A stretch of DNA of 63,923 nt, the filler included, from Lenisia limosa (taxonomy: Eukaryota; Protista; Breviatea): assembly GCA_001655205.1 (NCBI GenBank). It is 14 parts of 14 records of this genome, joined end to end, with 100 filler letters (N's around TTAATTAATTAA, not from the genome) between each part and the next. Parts side by side here need not be neighbours in the genome. Positions count along the whole stretch, not along the records: positions 16,153 to 23,381 come from LPNZ01002728.1; positions 23,482 to 27,910 come from LPNZ01000875.1; positions 28,011 to 33,064 come from LPNZ01008897.1; positions 33,165 to 34,941 come from LPNZ01000998.1; 10 more parts are not named here. One strand, 5' to 3'. Each line of letters opens with the position of its first letter. Position 1 is the stretch's first letter. The notes below the pieces were generated by a model. That model did not search any database. It was given only the letters and a program-made list of their open reading frames with translations, and was not told the DNA's origin. The translations under genes and the position numbers were made by a program. Shown piece after piece: positions 22,965-35,041 of the stretch.

Positions 22965-23599
22965 AAGCACTAAATCTTCTCACCATTTAGAAACCCTAGA
23001 AGCCTGGTCACTTCCCGCCATCCAAAGGAGACAGTTTAGTTTTGAAACACATTTATTGTGGTACCAATGTTCCAACGCTGCTTATGATACATTATTAAGT
23101 TAAATAGATGCTCATCACATCATGAGCACTGGGAATCTCAGAGCATTTCTTTGCAGACACCCCACACACACTTAAATAAGTTTGGTCATGACAACGGATC
23201 TCTTAGTACTTGATTGTACTTTATGATGATGCCCCAAAATGCCAAAACTAAGGTTAATGTCGTATAAAAATACCGTTTCCAAATTTCAAAATCCACACGG
23301 AAAATAAAAGCCGTATTCCGTAATAAAAAAAAATACGACATTTTACACATCATTCCAAACCACAACCTTACTCATTGTAGGNNNNNNNNNNNNNNNNNNN
23401 NNNNNNNNNNNNNNNNNNNNNNNNNTTAATTAATTAANNNNNNNNNNNNNNNNNNNNNNNNNNNNNNNNNNNNNNNNNNNNGATTAATGAATTTCTAAGG
23501 AATATATTACTGTTTTGAAGGGGAATAGCTGATTAAGCGACCGTAAATAATTAATAAAATTAATACGAATAAACAACATAATTTTGGACCTTGAATTAT

Positions 23600-26137
23600 T
23601 CTCACACATCCCCCCCAAGCTAACAGCAGGAAGAGGCATTCGATGCTCGGGATGAAGAGTGGACGAGTGAATGAAATGCACCAAATAAGGCAGATTCTCC
23701 ATGAGTCCGTGGATGATGCCGATGCAGTCACAGTATTGGGACACCAGGGCAAATTGCTCCGCGTCCTGGGGGTGAATAAAACTGGAAAATTGATGAAACA
23801 AAAGAACCTGGGGGAACTGTTCACGGAGCTTTTCAGCCCATAGGCTATGGGGAGGGGGATGGAACGAAGAAAAATATAAAGCCCAAAATTAACTCTGTTG
23901 GCCAAAAAACACACGAGGGTTGAAATCAACAAAACAAACAAAGCCCAGGCCAGTGGGGGAGGGGTATACTGCTGTATTCCGTTGGGAAATACGTCATGAT
24001 AAGAAATATGTCTGGAAACAGGAAATGTTATGAAAGTTACTTCGCCAGAATCATTTGCCGCACACCCCCGCTCAAGTTATATTTGCACTGACTGCGATAA
24101 GTCCAGATAGGTTTCCTCATTGTTCTCCATATGACTCAAGAAAAAGCTCAATATACGTGCCGGGACTTATCCTAGTTAATCTTTATCATAGGCAAAAGGT
24201 GTTATTCTAAAAATTGTTACGTATTACCCTGATTATTCCATTAAGTCCAACGGAGGAAACAGATTCTTGGAACACTCATAAAAGATAAAAATCCAAGCTT
24301 ACATTGAGAGTGTTGTTTTGTTCGATCTGCTCTTTCACCTCCACAATGCCACGCACAATGATGTCAACTCTATCGATCAGCAGCTGAAAATCGGTTAGTC
24401 ACATCAATAGAAGAAGAAAAGTGAAAAACAGCACAAATTGATTAATAATACATGTACAATGTAAAATAAAAAACCAACGCAATACACCAACACATCATGT
24501 GGTATAATAATAGAATAACATAAACTGATCAGATGTATATCTTTACCAGGTGCTAAGCGCCTATGTCATAAAACTAACAAACCCGCGACTCCTCTTCCTC
24601 CCGTCAATAAGCTCACCTTGCAAACTAAATAGTCAGAAAAGGAAATGTAAGAAATATGAAGCACACTGAGGGTAACCTCAGAACGCTGGGGTAAACCCGA
24701 CTTTTGGGCATTTAAGTGATGACCAAACTGCCCTATAAATACTCTTATATAAGTAGAAATGAATTATGAGCGAAGCCGTCCACACCATCACACTTTTAAG
24801 AGATATTGGAAAACACTAAAATATTAACTCACCCAAACATTGCCTAACAACTCTGTTTACACAGCTTCCTGCGTGCCTCCCCAGCATTAATATCGAGAAA
24901 TGATGGTGATTACCCTCCACCCAATTCCTTGTACTAATGATATTAATAATAATCCAGACCCCCCATTACTTGTTTGATTCCCACATATCCAGGCCCGCAT
25001 TATTTATTTGATTCCCACATACAGTCGATAAGCGCCATGGGGCGGCAGTAACAGGTGCACTCAGCAGGGGCGCTAGGAGATAAACGATAATTATAGGTGG
25101 GGGGACGGGGTAAAAAGGGGAGATTTTTGAAACAAAACAAAATCAACTCTCTTTTCTAAACAAAGAAAATTGAGGGTGAAAATAACAAAACAATGATAAA
25201 GCCAAAAAACCTCAACCATAATTACCTCTAATTACCCACAGGCGGATTAATAAAACCTGTTGTTGGAGAGGGATAAAAACAACAGGAATTTACAAAATTA
25301 CTTGCAGATTTCCTATCAATTAATTGATATGGCTTCCCACCACTATTAACCACAATTTGAAGTGGCACTATTACATTAAACCCACAATCCTTCCCTCTCC
25401 AGGGAGAAACTAAAGGAACAAGAAAAACGCGCCAAAATCTGTTCTCCCCCAAAACAGCCCAAAACTTCTCCCAATGAGCCAAAACAAAATAGACAGCATC
25501 CCGGCAGCGCTCACCTGTCAATCAAAGTGGAATGCTCTTCGCACGGACAGCGGCAGGTGCAGATCCAAGGCGGATGGAAGACGTGGAACGGTCTCTTCCG
25601 GGCCGACGCCATGTCCTCCTCCTCCAGACTAAAGCGGCCGATGTTGTCAAAGACAAACTTGACGTCCTGATAGCACAATGATCCGGCGCAGAGCTCTTCA
25701 ATAGCACCCTTGACTGCATGGTAGCCTCGTCCTAAGGTCGGTTAGCAACGTGACAGCAATGAAGGAAACAAGAGATCTTCACGTTTGTAACTAGGAATTG
25801 GCAAAGAACTCAATTATAACACCGATTATACACATTTATGACTGCTGGTCGTTAATAATCAAATAAAAAAAAATGACGTTGCATTCCACCCTTCAAAAGA
25901 AAGCCAACCATGGGACTGGGTGGGACCCAGGGGAGGGAGGTCGTGGAGAAAATCCAGTCGAAGGTAGGATCCAAGATATTTTGAACGATGTGTGCTGAAA
26001 GCGTAGGCAGGAAGGGTCGTAAAGCGGCGATCTCTGTTGAGTTCGACTTCGAGAGGGACTTCGTCTCCCTTACGTCTTCTTTTAAGATTTTTGGCAACAG
26101 GCAACGCCTCTTTTGTGAAGTTCATGGACTCAACCAT
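23600..26137 (-). CDS. 5' part of a spliced gene, unknown product, divergent from ARPC4
   Basis: ATG at 26137 (MVESMNFTKEALP...), with further open exons at 25510-25735, 24300-24385 and 23620-23765. Truncated by the contig edge. Confidence 0.6.
23766..23965 (-). repeat. Family B element plus a second 3'-end unit at an acceptor
   Basis: cccctccccc|actggcctgggctttg...ccaacagagttaattttgggc...cccctccccatag...tttcatcaattttccagttttattcacccccAG. Further minus copies: 25095-25212, 31657-31780, 33434-33625, 50881-50953, 58809-58950. Confidence 0.85.
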
Positions 26138-26384
26138 TTTGAAAAGATGGTGGGGGGTTGAAAGATGAAACGCCTTTCTTGCCAAAAACTGGCTTCTTTA
26201 CATTCAATGGTGCTTGCTCCTCTACTACTATACTAACTAAAGGTCAATGGGTCAAATTTCTAGAAAAAACAATTGAGAAAAGAAAGCCGTGCGGCCGGAG
26301 AACGGTGTCACTTTTGTCTCTATTTTTGCCTTTTTGAGGGAAATCAAAAATTTTCTCGCTGTGATTTTGTATAATACCGTCAAA
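26138..26384. promoter_or_regulatory. Putative 247-bp bidirectional promoter region
   Basis: Lies between head-to-head ATGs at 26137 (-) and 26385 (+). No specific motif identified. Confidence 0.45.
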
Positions 26385-27344
26385 ATGGTATGTGATGAGT
26401 GGAATAAGAGATTGTTGAAGCAATACTATGTTCAATATTTTTAACTTATCTTTAGGCCAATACCCTTAAACCCTATCTTGATTGCGTTCGCAGCACTGTG
26501 ACTGCCGCTCTTTGCCTTGAGAACTTCGGTTCCCAGATTGTTGAACGTCACAACAAGCCCGAAATTGAGGCTAGGTGTGTTTAAATTGAGTTTTAGTAAA
26601 AAGTGAAGAGTCTTGGAAGAAGATTTAACAGTATTTAGAACTTCCAAGGAATGCCTCCTTACTCCCCTTATCGTCTCCCGTAGCCCTCAAGAGAAGGTTA
26701 TGGTTGAGTCTTCAATCAACTCTGTCCGTATTTCGTGAGCGGGGAGCACTTTACGCTCGGTTTCCCCGTAGTTTTTTTCAAACATATTGTCTATAATAAG
26801 GGATTTGTGGTGACTTTAGAAAGAAAATATAATTCTGACCTGAAAATACAGACTTTGCATCAAGCAGGCCGATGAAGTTGAGAAGATTCTTTGCAAGAAC
26901 TTCACACGCTTTCTTATGCAGAGAGCTGACAACTTTGTCGTCCTCAGAAGACGCGCTGTTAAGGTTTGAATTCCCGAAAATTCTGTGCTGCCTCTTCTTG
27001 GCTCCGCCTTAGCTTCAATATGATAATTGGAACCACAAAAGAAATTTATGATGACTATTACAGGGCTACGATATCTCTTTCCTGATCACCAACAAGCACA
27101 CCGAAACCATGTTCAAGCACAAGGTCGTTGACTTCATCATCCAGGTTTGTAAATGCCCCATTGTGTCGCTGCCTTTCCGTCTAACACTGCTTTCCACCCC
27201 ATTGTCATTATATGGGATGAATTGGTAACAAATTCTGATGTTATTCAGTTCATGGAAGATGTTGACAAGGAAATTTCTGACATGAAGCTTTCTGTGAACG
27301 CCCGTGCGCGTATTGTTGCTGAGGAGTACTTGAAGGTGTTCTAA
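26385..27344 (+). CDS. ARPC4: Arp2/3 complex subunit 4 (p20-Arc), complete, 6 exons
   Basis: Exons 26385-26387, 26456-26574, 26639-26734, 26852-26963, 27064-27144 and 27249-27344 give [41 protein letters not shown]...[58 protein letters not shown]. Confidence 0.98.
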
Positions 27345-28043
27345 GCTCTTTGGTAGTAGTAGTTTCTTGGGTTATGGGGGGTTTACATCAATGTATACTT
27401 TATTTATTCTCTTTATTCATGGCTGTAGTTTAAGTAGTTGAGCTGCCTGGTTTTCAAAAAATGAATAGTAAAGGCACACGAGGGGGGTAGACAGAAACAA
27501 CAAAAGAACTAATATCCGAAGCCGCCGGAGTTGGAGGGCTGACGTCCAGCACGGTAAATCAAGCCTCTGAAAGTGTTATGGATGAATGCCCGTGGTGATG
27601 CCCTCATTCCCCAATGATACTTCAGCTGAATTACTCAATTGCTAAAGAGAACAAAGAAGTGTTCGAGTATAAAGAATCCAGTATGCTGAACTTGATACAC
27701 AATGTACATATTATAAACAAATAAGAACAAAGTTTATTACTTTTAGATAAATTAAATTGTTTCATTCCTTCCACCAAATTTTAAAGAAGTCAAAAAGAGG
27801 AAAACAGCATCCAGTCATATTTTAAAAGTGACCTTTATCCAAAACAAACCATACAAACGGGCAGATTCAAAACAAATACCCAGGTTAGCAGTTTCAGCTA
27901 AAAAAAAAAANNNNNNNNNNNNNNNNNNNNNNNNNNNNNNNNNNNNNNNNNNNNTTAATTAATTAANNNNNNNNNNNNNNNNNNNNNNNNNNNNNNNNNN
28001 NNNNNNNNNNTATTTCTCGTTTCCACCTATATTCATATCGTAG

Positions 28044-29614
28044 AACGGATGGCAACACAACACCACCAAGCTCGAGAAGGCGGGTGCCCTCGCCGTCGAG
28101 TACTCTCTCTCTTGCCCCCAGGGTGGTGATGGCTCCGAAGGTGCTATTGCTTCTCAGGTTAGGAGGCGCCATTTCCACTTTTATTGATTCACCCCCCAAA
28201 GACTCATAAACCGTTTTGTTCTGACTCTTCCAGTCCGCCCGCGTGACAGGTGAGATCGTTGACTGGATTATGGAAGTTTCCGACCCCGAGATCCCCAAGC
28301 TCTTCAAGCTTTCCGCCGCCGTCACCTCCATCGAGGTCATCCTCAAGGTGAGCACTGTTTATTCTCGTCCTTGCTTCTTTTTATTTGTAGTTACCGCGTA
28401 TACCTATTTATTTAACGCTGAAGGCTGTCCGCGACACTCTTGACAAATACCCCAACAAGAAGGCTGGTGTCACCCTCGCGAACTCTTTCCCCTCTCTGAA
28501 CTTCAAGGAGGCCGAAGGTCTGTGGGCTTTTGACGTTGTGTTTATGATTGAGGGCTTATTTGTTCTAGTATTATTTCGACATTGTTTTTTTTTTTATTTG
28601 ACCCCACAGGCAAGGCCTGGGAAGAAGGTATCGTCTACGGTATGGCTGGACGTGGTGTTCTCCCCATCTCTTACCTGTCTCTTGCTTCCGCCAAGGAGTA
28701 GGCTGGGTTCATTTCTCCCTTTTTTCTCTCTCACCAAACCTACATCTGAATTAGTAAAAATAACATCTCTAACCCATTCAGCTCCGGTGTGACTGTCTCT
28801 GGAAACGGTGGTGTCTACGACTACATCTCCGCCGCCAACTTCCTTGCTCTTGGTGGGTAGGGTTATGAAAATGCTAGTACCTGTCTTGTTTTACCCTCTC
28901 AGGCTGCAACTCCGTCCAGATCTGCTCCTTTGCCACCACCTTCGGTGTCGGTGTCATTCACGACCTCAATCAAGGTACGCGCTTCCTTTTCTTTTGATAC
29001 CCTCCAGTAAACTATAACTTTTCTGCTTCTTCTTCTTTTTTTTCCCCCTCTTTAACCCTACAGGTCTTGCCCACATGATGGAGGCCCGTGGCCTTAAGGA
29101 CATCAAGTCCCTTACCGGAATTGCCCTTCCCAACCCCATCACTGACTTCATGGAGCTCTCAGGCGTCAAGAACGTGGGTTCGGCGCTTTCGTTATTGTGA
29201 CTGTATCCGGCTTTTTTTTTACTCTTCCAGATCTCCTACCTCGAGAACATCGACGACTGCGTTTCTTGCGGTAACTGCTGCCGTTGCCCCTACCTCGTGG
29301 GCGATTCTTCTGAGCCTCATGCTATGTTTTTAGTTACCTTACCCACCTTCCGCCTCCTTAAACTCACAATTCAGGCCATCAACCTTTCCAAGGAAGTGGA
29401 GGACCTCGGCCGCCCCGTCATTGACCCCTCCAAGTGCATTGGCTGCAGAATGTGCAACATCATGTGCCCCACTGGTACGCCGACTCTCTTCCTGTCCAAC
29501 GCCGTTAGATTCTTTCCCTATGCTCCTTTCTAATAACCCTTCCCTTTAACTCCTTCAGATGCCCTTGGCATGCGCAAGCGTACCGAGCGTGAGCTTGAGC
29601 TTTGCCCCGAGTAA
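28044..29614 (+). CDS. Dihydropyrimidine-dehydrogenase/PreA-like FMN TIM-barrel with 2x[4Fe-4S] ferredoxin domain, 5'-truncated
   Basis: Ten exons: EYSLSCPQGGDG...KLFKLSAAVT...GVTLANSFPSL...YGMAGRGVLPIS...VSGNGGVYDYISAANFLALGCNSVQIC...CVSCGNCCRCPYL...CIGCRMCNIMCPTDALGMRKR...E*. Confidence 0.85.
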
Positions 29615-29693
29615 ACTTGTTTTTTTCGTGTTCATACAATTTTCTTTCACAATTGCACCATAAAAAAGAAAACGAAATGAATATGACTGAAAC

Positions 29694-32600
29694 CTAAGTC
29701 CTTGCAATCGAGCAATACGATTGTGCCTCTTTGGAGTCTGGCTTCAGAGGAGTGCCCATTGAGAACATCAAATCAATCAACCATACCTTGCCCTACCAAG
29801 TATTAAAATAATAAAAAAAAGGGGCAGTATGATCGGAATTATCATGTCTGTTTCTTAAGTTGAATTTTGTCTTACCTCTTCATCGGGCACATGCACCCAT
29901 GCGCGGCCGTATTCACCTCTAAAGAGCTCGCAATCTAAGTCTGTCTGGTCGCAAAGGACTAAAAGAACTAAGAATGAAAGGCCAGCTGTTGTTGGGGGGG
30001 GGGGGGGGNNNNNNNNNNNNNNNNNNNNNNNNNNNNNNNNNNNNNNNNNNNNNNNNNNNNNNNNNNNNNNNNNNNNNNNNNNNNNNNNNNNNNNNNNNNN
30101 NNNNNNNNNNNGAGTAGGGCCCTGTGGTAGAAGCCTCCGGTTTTGATAAGCCCAAGTGGAACACCATTTGAGTTGAGTTGCCTCTGTTAGGGGGAGGGGG
30201 GAAGGCGGTAACCAACAATGCGGGAACAATGCGGGGTGTATCCCAGACAAAACCATAAAAAAAAAAAAAAAAAAAANNNNNNNNNNNNNNNNNNNNNNNN
30301 NNNNNNNNNNNNNNNNNNNNNNNNNNNNNNNNNNNNNNNNNNNNNNNNNNNNNNNNNNNNNNNNNNNNNNNNNNNNNNNNNNNNNNNNNNNNNNNNNNNN
30401 NNNNNNNNNNNNNNNNNNNNNNNNNNNNNNNNNNNNNNNNNNNNNNNNNNNNNNNNNNNNNNNNNNNNNNNNNNNNNNNNNNCCTGGAAGGGTAAATTTG
30501 ATTAATTGAGAAATAAGAGAACAAATAACATTGTGCTGATGTGAAAACAAAATATGAAGAAACACAAACACCCATTTCAGTTACCTGTGGGAGGCATTTC
30601 AGGTGCTCTTCCTTCTCCTGTAACACAGCATTCAGTTCATCAATTGTTGTCCTGCTTTATGAGACATATTCATGAATTCATAATAAGACATATTATACCC
30701 CTTCCCCTCGTACGATGTCGCCAGAACAAGGTCGGCGAGCTCAATGTCACTGGTTGTGTCCACAAGGATTGTCTCGCGGCGAGAGGTCGGAGGGGTGAGG
30801 GTCAGGTTTGCGAGCGAAACGAATCTGTGAGAGTGGGAAAATAGATATATACAAAGCGTGGAGACGGGGATTCAAGGTAAAAGCCTACTCATTCACACGT
30901 CCAGGATCGAAAAAGCCATCACTTATACTGTCATCGATTCCAAGATGTCCACGAAGGGCATACTTGGCTGAAGCATTGCAAAGTAAAACCTGGGGGAAAG
31001 AATGAACAAGCAAGCACAAGGGAGGGAAGGTGAAAATATAGATCAGATACCTCCTCATATGATGATATTGCATATCAATTAGTTCTGATAAGAGACGAAC
31101 CCTATCTAATCCGGAAACCCTTTGTACCTTCTCAAGAGCATCGGTTGCAAATTTCACCTGGTCCCTTGCCTCCCATAACACCTTCAGCCCATCACAATTC
31201 AGAACTTCCAAAGACAGTCCTAGAGATTGGTGTGAATAGGATACATTGTATACTATGAAGATGAGTAATAAAACAAAGGAGTATCTAAAATAATAATAAT
31301 AAGCAGGATGCTTGCTAACTTTCATCTGAGGCAGCGGCAGAGAGTACCCAGGCAGCAGCACTGCGGATACGCTTGGAATCATCGGATTTGATCTGTGAAN
31401 NNNNNNNNNNNNNNNNNNNNNNNNNNNNNNNNNNNNNNNNNNNNNNNNNNNNNNNNNNNNNNNNNNNNNNNNNNNNNNNNNNNNNNNNNNNNNNNNNNNN
31501 NNNNNNNNNNNNNNNNNNNNNNNNNNNNNNNNNNNNNNNNNNNNNNNNNNNNNNNNNNNNNNNNNNNNNNNNNNNNNNNNNNNNNNNNNNNGCGGAAATC
31601 TGTGCGCGAACAGTGGGTGACCGACAAGAAACACTGAGAGTCGTCATTGCAGTGACCTGGGTTTGTGGGGGAGGGGGGGGGGTGAAAATGGAAGATTGAT
31701 TATGAAACAAACAACAAAACAACACAAATAAACACTCCTAGCTGAACACACACATTATGGAAATCAAAAGCAAAGCCGAGACGACTGACCATAGCTGAAA
31801 AATACAGTGATAGAAAGTGAAAGCGGACACAGTTGTCACTCGTTAAAGAATAACAATAATGACAAACAAATCTGTATCAGATATACATTTGCAGTGAACT
31901 CATCTCAAAAAGAAGATTGCAGGCCCACCATGAGAGACTCCATGTTGGTCGCGGCTACTTCCTCGCTGGCTCTGCTTCGCCTGAAATTGTGATGGTGATG
32001 ATCCAAACTTACGTTGAGACTGCGCTTTCAGGACGTCCAGACTTCAAACCGATAATATCTTCAGTGGTAAAAACAATAGGGGGAGGGAAGTTAATATGTT
32101 GGACATTAAAACATCAGGGGGAGGGAAGTCAAATGATTTGGAGATTAAGAAGAAAATATATATAAAAACAAAACAAAATCAACAGGCCTACCTGTTACGA
32201 TTTCGACACCATTGGCATCCTCGAAAACGTCTCGAGCGTCGGGGTGCTGCATGCAGTTATTGACGGCATCTAGAGCGTAGAGCGAGGCGTTGGTGGGGCC
32301 TATCAAGTCAAAATAGCGACAGTAATATTAAAAAAGAAAATGGAAAAAGAAACAAGAAAAAATAAAAGATGTTGGTATCACATTTTCGAATACCTTTAGC
32401 AGCACAATTGAGGAGGTTGGTAAGGAAGTTAGTTGAGCGTAAGGTTGGCCAATTTTCGTCATACGCGGCTAGACCTGGGGGGGGGGGGGTCAAANNNNNN
32501 NNNNNNNNNNNNNNNNNNNNNNNNNNNNNNNNNNNNNNNNNNNNNNNNNNNNNNNNNNNNNNNNNNNNNNNNNNNNNNNNNNNNNNNNNNNNNNNNNNNN

Positions 32601-33064
32601 NNTGAAGATAAAATCAGAGTATCTGCCACCGCCAACCACAAGCGGTGCCTGCTGCTGCCTCACGAACATTCGCATGTTCACTTTTAAGGGCTTTTTCAAC
32701 AGCTGCAAACAGCCCACCAGTCGTTAAGGTTGTCTTAATAGTTAGTAGAATGAGGGAGAAAGAACGAAAAAAAAATACAATGGAGTGGAGGTTAGAATAC
32801 TATCTCATAAAATAAAAACTCAACAACAACAGCATAAAGCTGACCATTACTTGGTCATCCTTAACGCATGATGTGGCAAGATCCAGGGCTGCAGAAACTA
32901 CTCCCTCGTTACTGTCACTTGCAAGCTGAGGAGTAAAACGGATACGGGTAAAACGGATATAAGACTGTCAACTCTCAATATGATATAATATAATCTAATC
33001 AGACCTCGATCACGTTTGCAGTTTCAGGAAGGTCTGCAAGACGGCGAAGTACCTTCGCTGTTGT
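29694..33064 (-). CDS. ARMC3: Armadillo-repeat-containing protein 3 (axonemal), 5'-truncated
   Basis: RIRSAAAWVLSAAASDE...KFATDALEKVLLCNASAKYALRGHLGIDDSISDGFFDPGRV...FRGEYGRAW...WLIDLMFSMG...SKEAQSY* parallels the ARMC3 C-terminal motifs (DGFYDYGR, RGEYGRAW, IDLMFHPG). Confidence 0.85.
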
Positions 33065-33275
33065 NNNNNNNNNNNNNNNNNNNNNNNNNNNNNNNNNNNN
33101 NNNNNNNNTTAATTAATTAANNNNNNNNNNNNNNNNNNNNNNNNNNNNNNNNNNNNNNNNNNNNCCCCCATGCTAAGCATTACATAACTGACAAATAGAT
33201 TAAACGATTAACTATCATTTGTCACATTTATAGCATTGTACCACTCACTTATTATTTTGATTTTATTTTGTCCCC

Positions 33276-34885
33276 CTACCTGTTCTTATCTCCAGTATCC
33301 ATGACCATTTCAACGTCATCGATTTTAGCGACTTTTTGCCAGGTCAGATTCGGTACAAATGGACCGGAGGGGCCTTGGCGGACTTCGAGCTTGATGGGGT
33401 CGTCGATCAGGAGGTCTCGGATTTGCTCGTTGTCTGGAGGGGAGATAAATGGTTAAATTTATATATCAAAAAAAGCCCCAAATTAAATCTTGATAACAAC
33501 AAAACAAAGCCCAGGCCAGTCCGGGGAGGGGGTAACTGGAAAAAAATATGACACAAATGAAAAAAAAAAGAAGCCCAAAATCAACTCTGTTGGCTGACAA
33601 CAAAAGAGGGGTGAAAATGGAAAATGTATGTTTCGAGGAAATTAATAAATAACACCGTCCTACATATTTCTAGGAAAGATACTTGAATGTCGAAAGAGAA
33701 ATCGTCCTCCATTTCTTTGCTGGAGAGGTCAGAATGACAGTGGAGACGAGGAGGGTTATACTCACCTCCAACAACACGCAATAGCAAGCAATAGCAAGCA
33801 ATAGCAAGCAATAGCAAACAATAGCAAACAATAACAAAGAGAAACGAATAGTAACAAATAGTCAAACCCACAGTAAAAATGTCATATGTATCAATAACAA
33901 CCAGAATAAGAATAGCGAATGACAATAACCTGAATACACATATCGATAGATTATAAAAGAGTCATACAATAAGAAGAGTATATAACAACAATACTCAAGA
34001 ATAAGATATAAAAATAACACAAAGTTGTAAGGCAAGTGATTGGGTGAACTATAATTCTACTCTAATAAATTATCTCTTACAAGAGTGACACCCCAGAATA
34101 CCTAAGTTTAAACAGCTCTCCAAGGGCTCTGAAGTTCACGCCTCTGTTACCAGGCTCTCCCATCATTGTATATGTCTTACCCGCTCCTATAAAAGACAGG
34201 TTAAAATACCTTCTTTAAAAGGCAGGTTAGAGTACCTTCAAAATAAGGCAACTTCCAAAAAAAGGCAAATTTGAAGAGATAAAATACTAAACAGCTCAAA
34301 ACATAGTCAAATGAAACTCTACTCAAAAATATACAAATAGAAAAACCAAACCACAGACCCCCCCCCACCAGTCTGGCCATAGGCGAAGATGCAAACGTTG
34401 AAGCCGTCCACAACCGAGGCGATAAGCGGTTCGGTATCGGCAAAAACGTCCGCTGGAGGGGATAAACAAAGAAAATTTCGATGAAGAATAATTGACGTAA
34501 AGGTACTCAAAATTTGACTCCAATCAAGGTTTTGTACCACAATGAAAGGGAACAAACCTTAGACACACCACCCCCTCCCCCAACCTTGTGTTGCCTCTGG
34601 TCCAAAGACTTTGTCATATTCGAAGAGTTTATTATTTCCTCGGGGTCCGACAGGCATTCCCACTGCGTCCGTGCCGGGAGGGAGTTTCGCAATAAACTTC
34701 GTGCTGGACAAATAAAAACCTTTTTTTGGGGGTGAGTGAATTCTTAAATGATAATGTTGGAGGCAGGAGGATTGGAAAATTGACGAAACAAAAAACTTTC
34801 AAAATCTCCCTATTGACCAAAGTCCGCCGTACCCCCTATTGATCTCGTTGGGCATGAGGCATCGAACTCGGCAATACACTCCTAA
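33276..34885 (-). CDS. Kinesin-14 (C-terminal motor) fragment
   Basis: [70 protein letters not shown]. Confidence 0.93.
33778..33830. repeat. 10-bp tandem repeat (caatagcaag)n
   Basis: Four to five units inside a kinesin intron. Confidence 0.85.
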
Positions 34886-35041
34886 AATGTGTTACAGTGT
34901 TATAATGATACAAAAGCCAACCAGGAATGGAGGAATAATGTNNNNNNNNNNNNNNNNNNNNNNNNNNNNNNNNNNNNNNNNNNNNTTAATTAATTAANNN
35001 NNNNNNNNNNNNNNNNNNNNNNNNNNNNNNNNNNNNNNNNN

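Noticed and set aside
26385-29614. Alternative genetic code (TAR=Gln, as in hexamitids and some oxymonads)
   Set aside because: Conserved exons contain no in-frame TAA/TAG, and ARPC4, the DPD-like gene and ARMC3 end at TAA or TAG.
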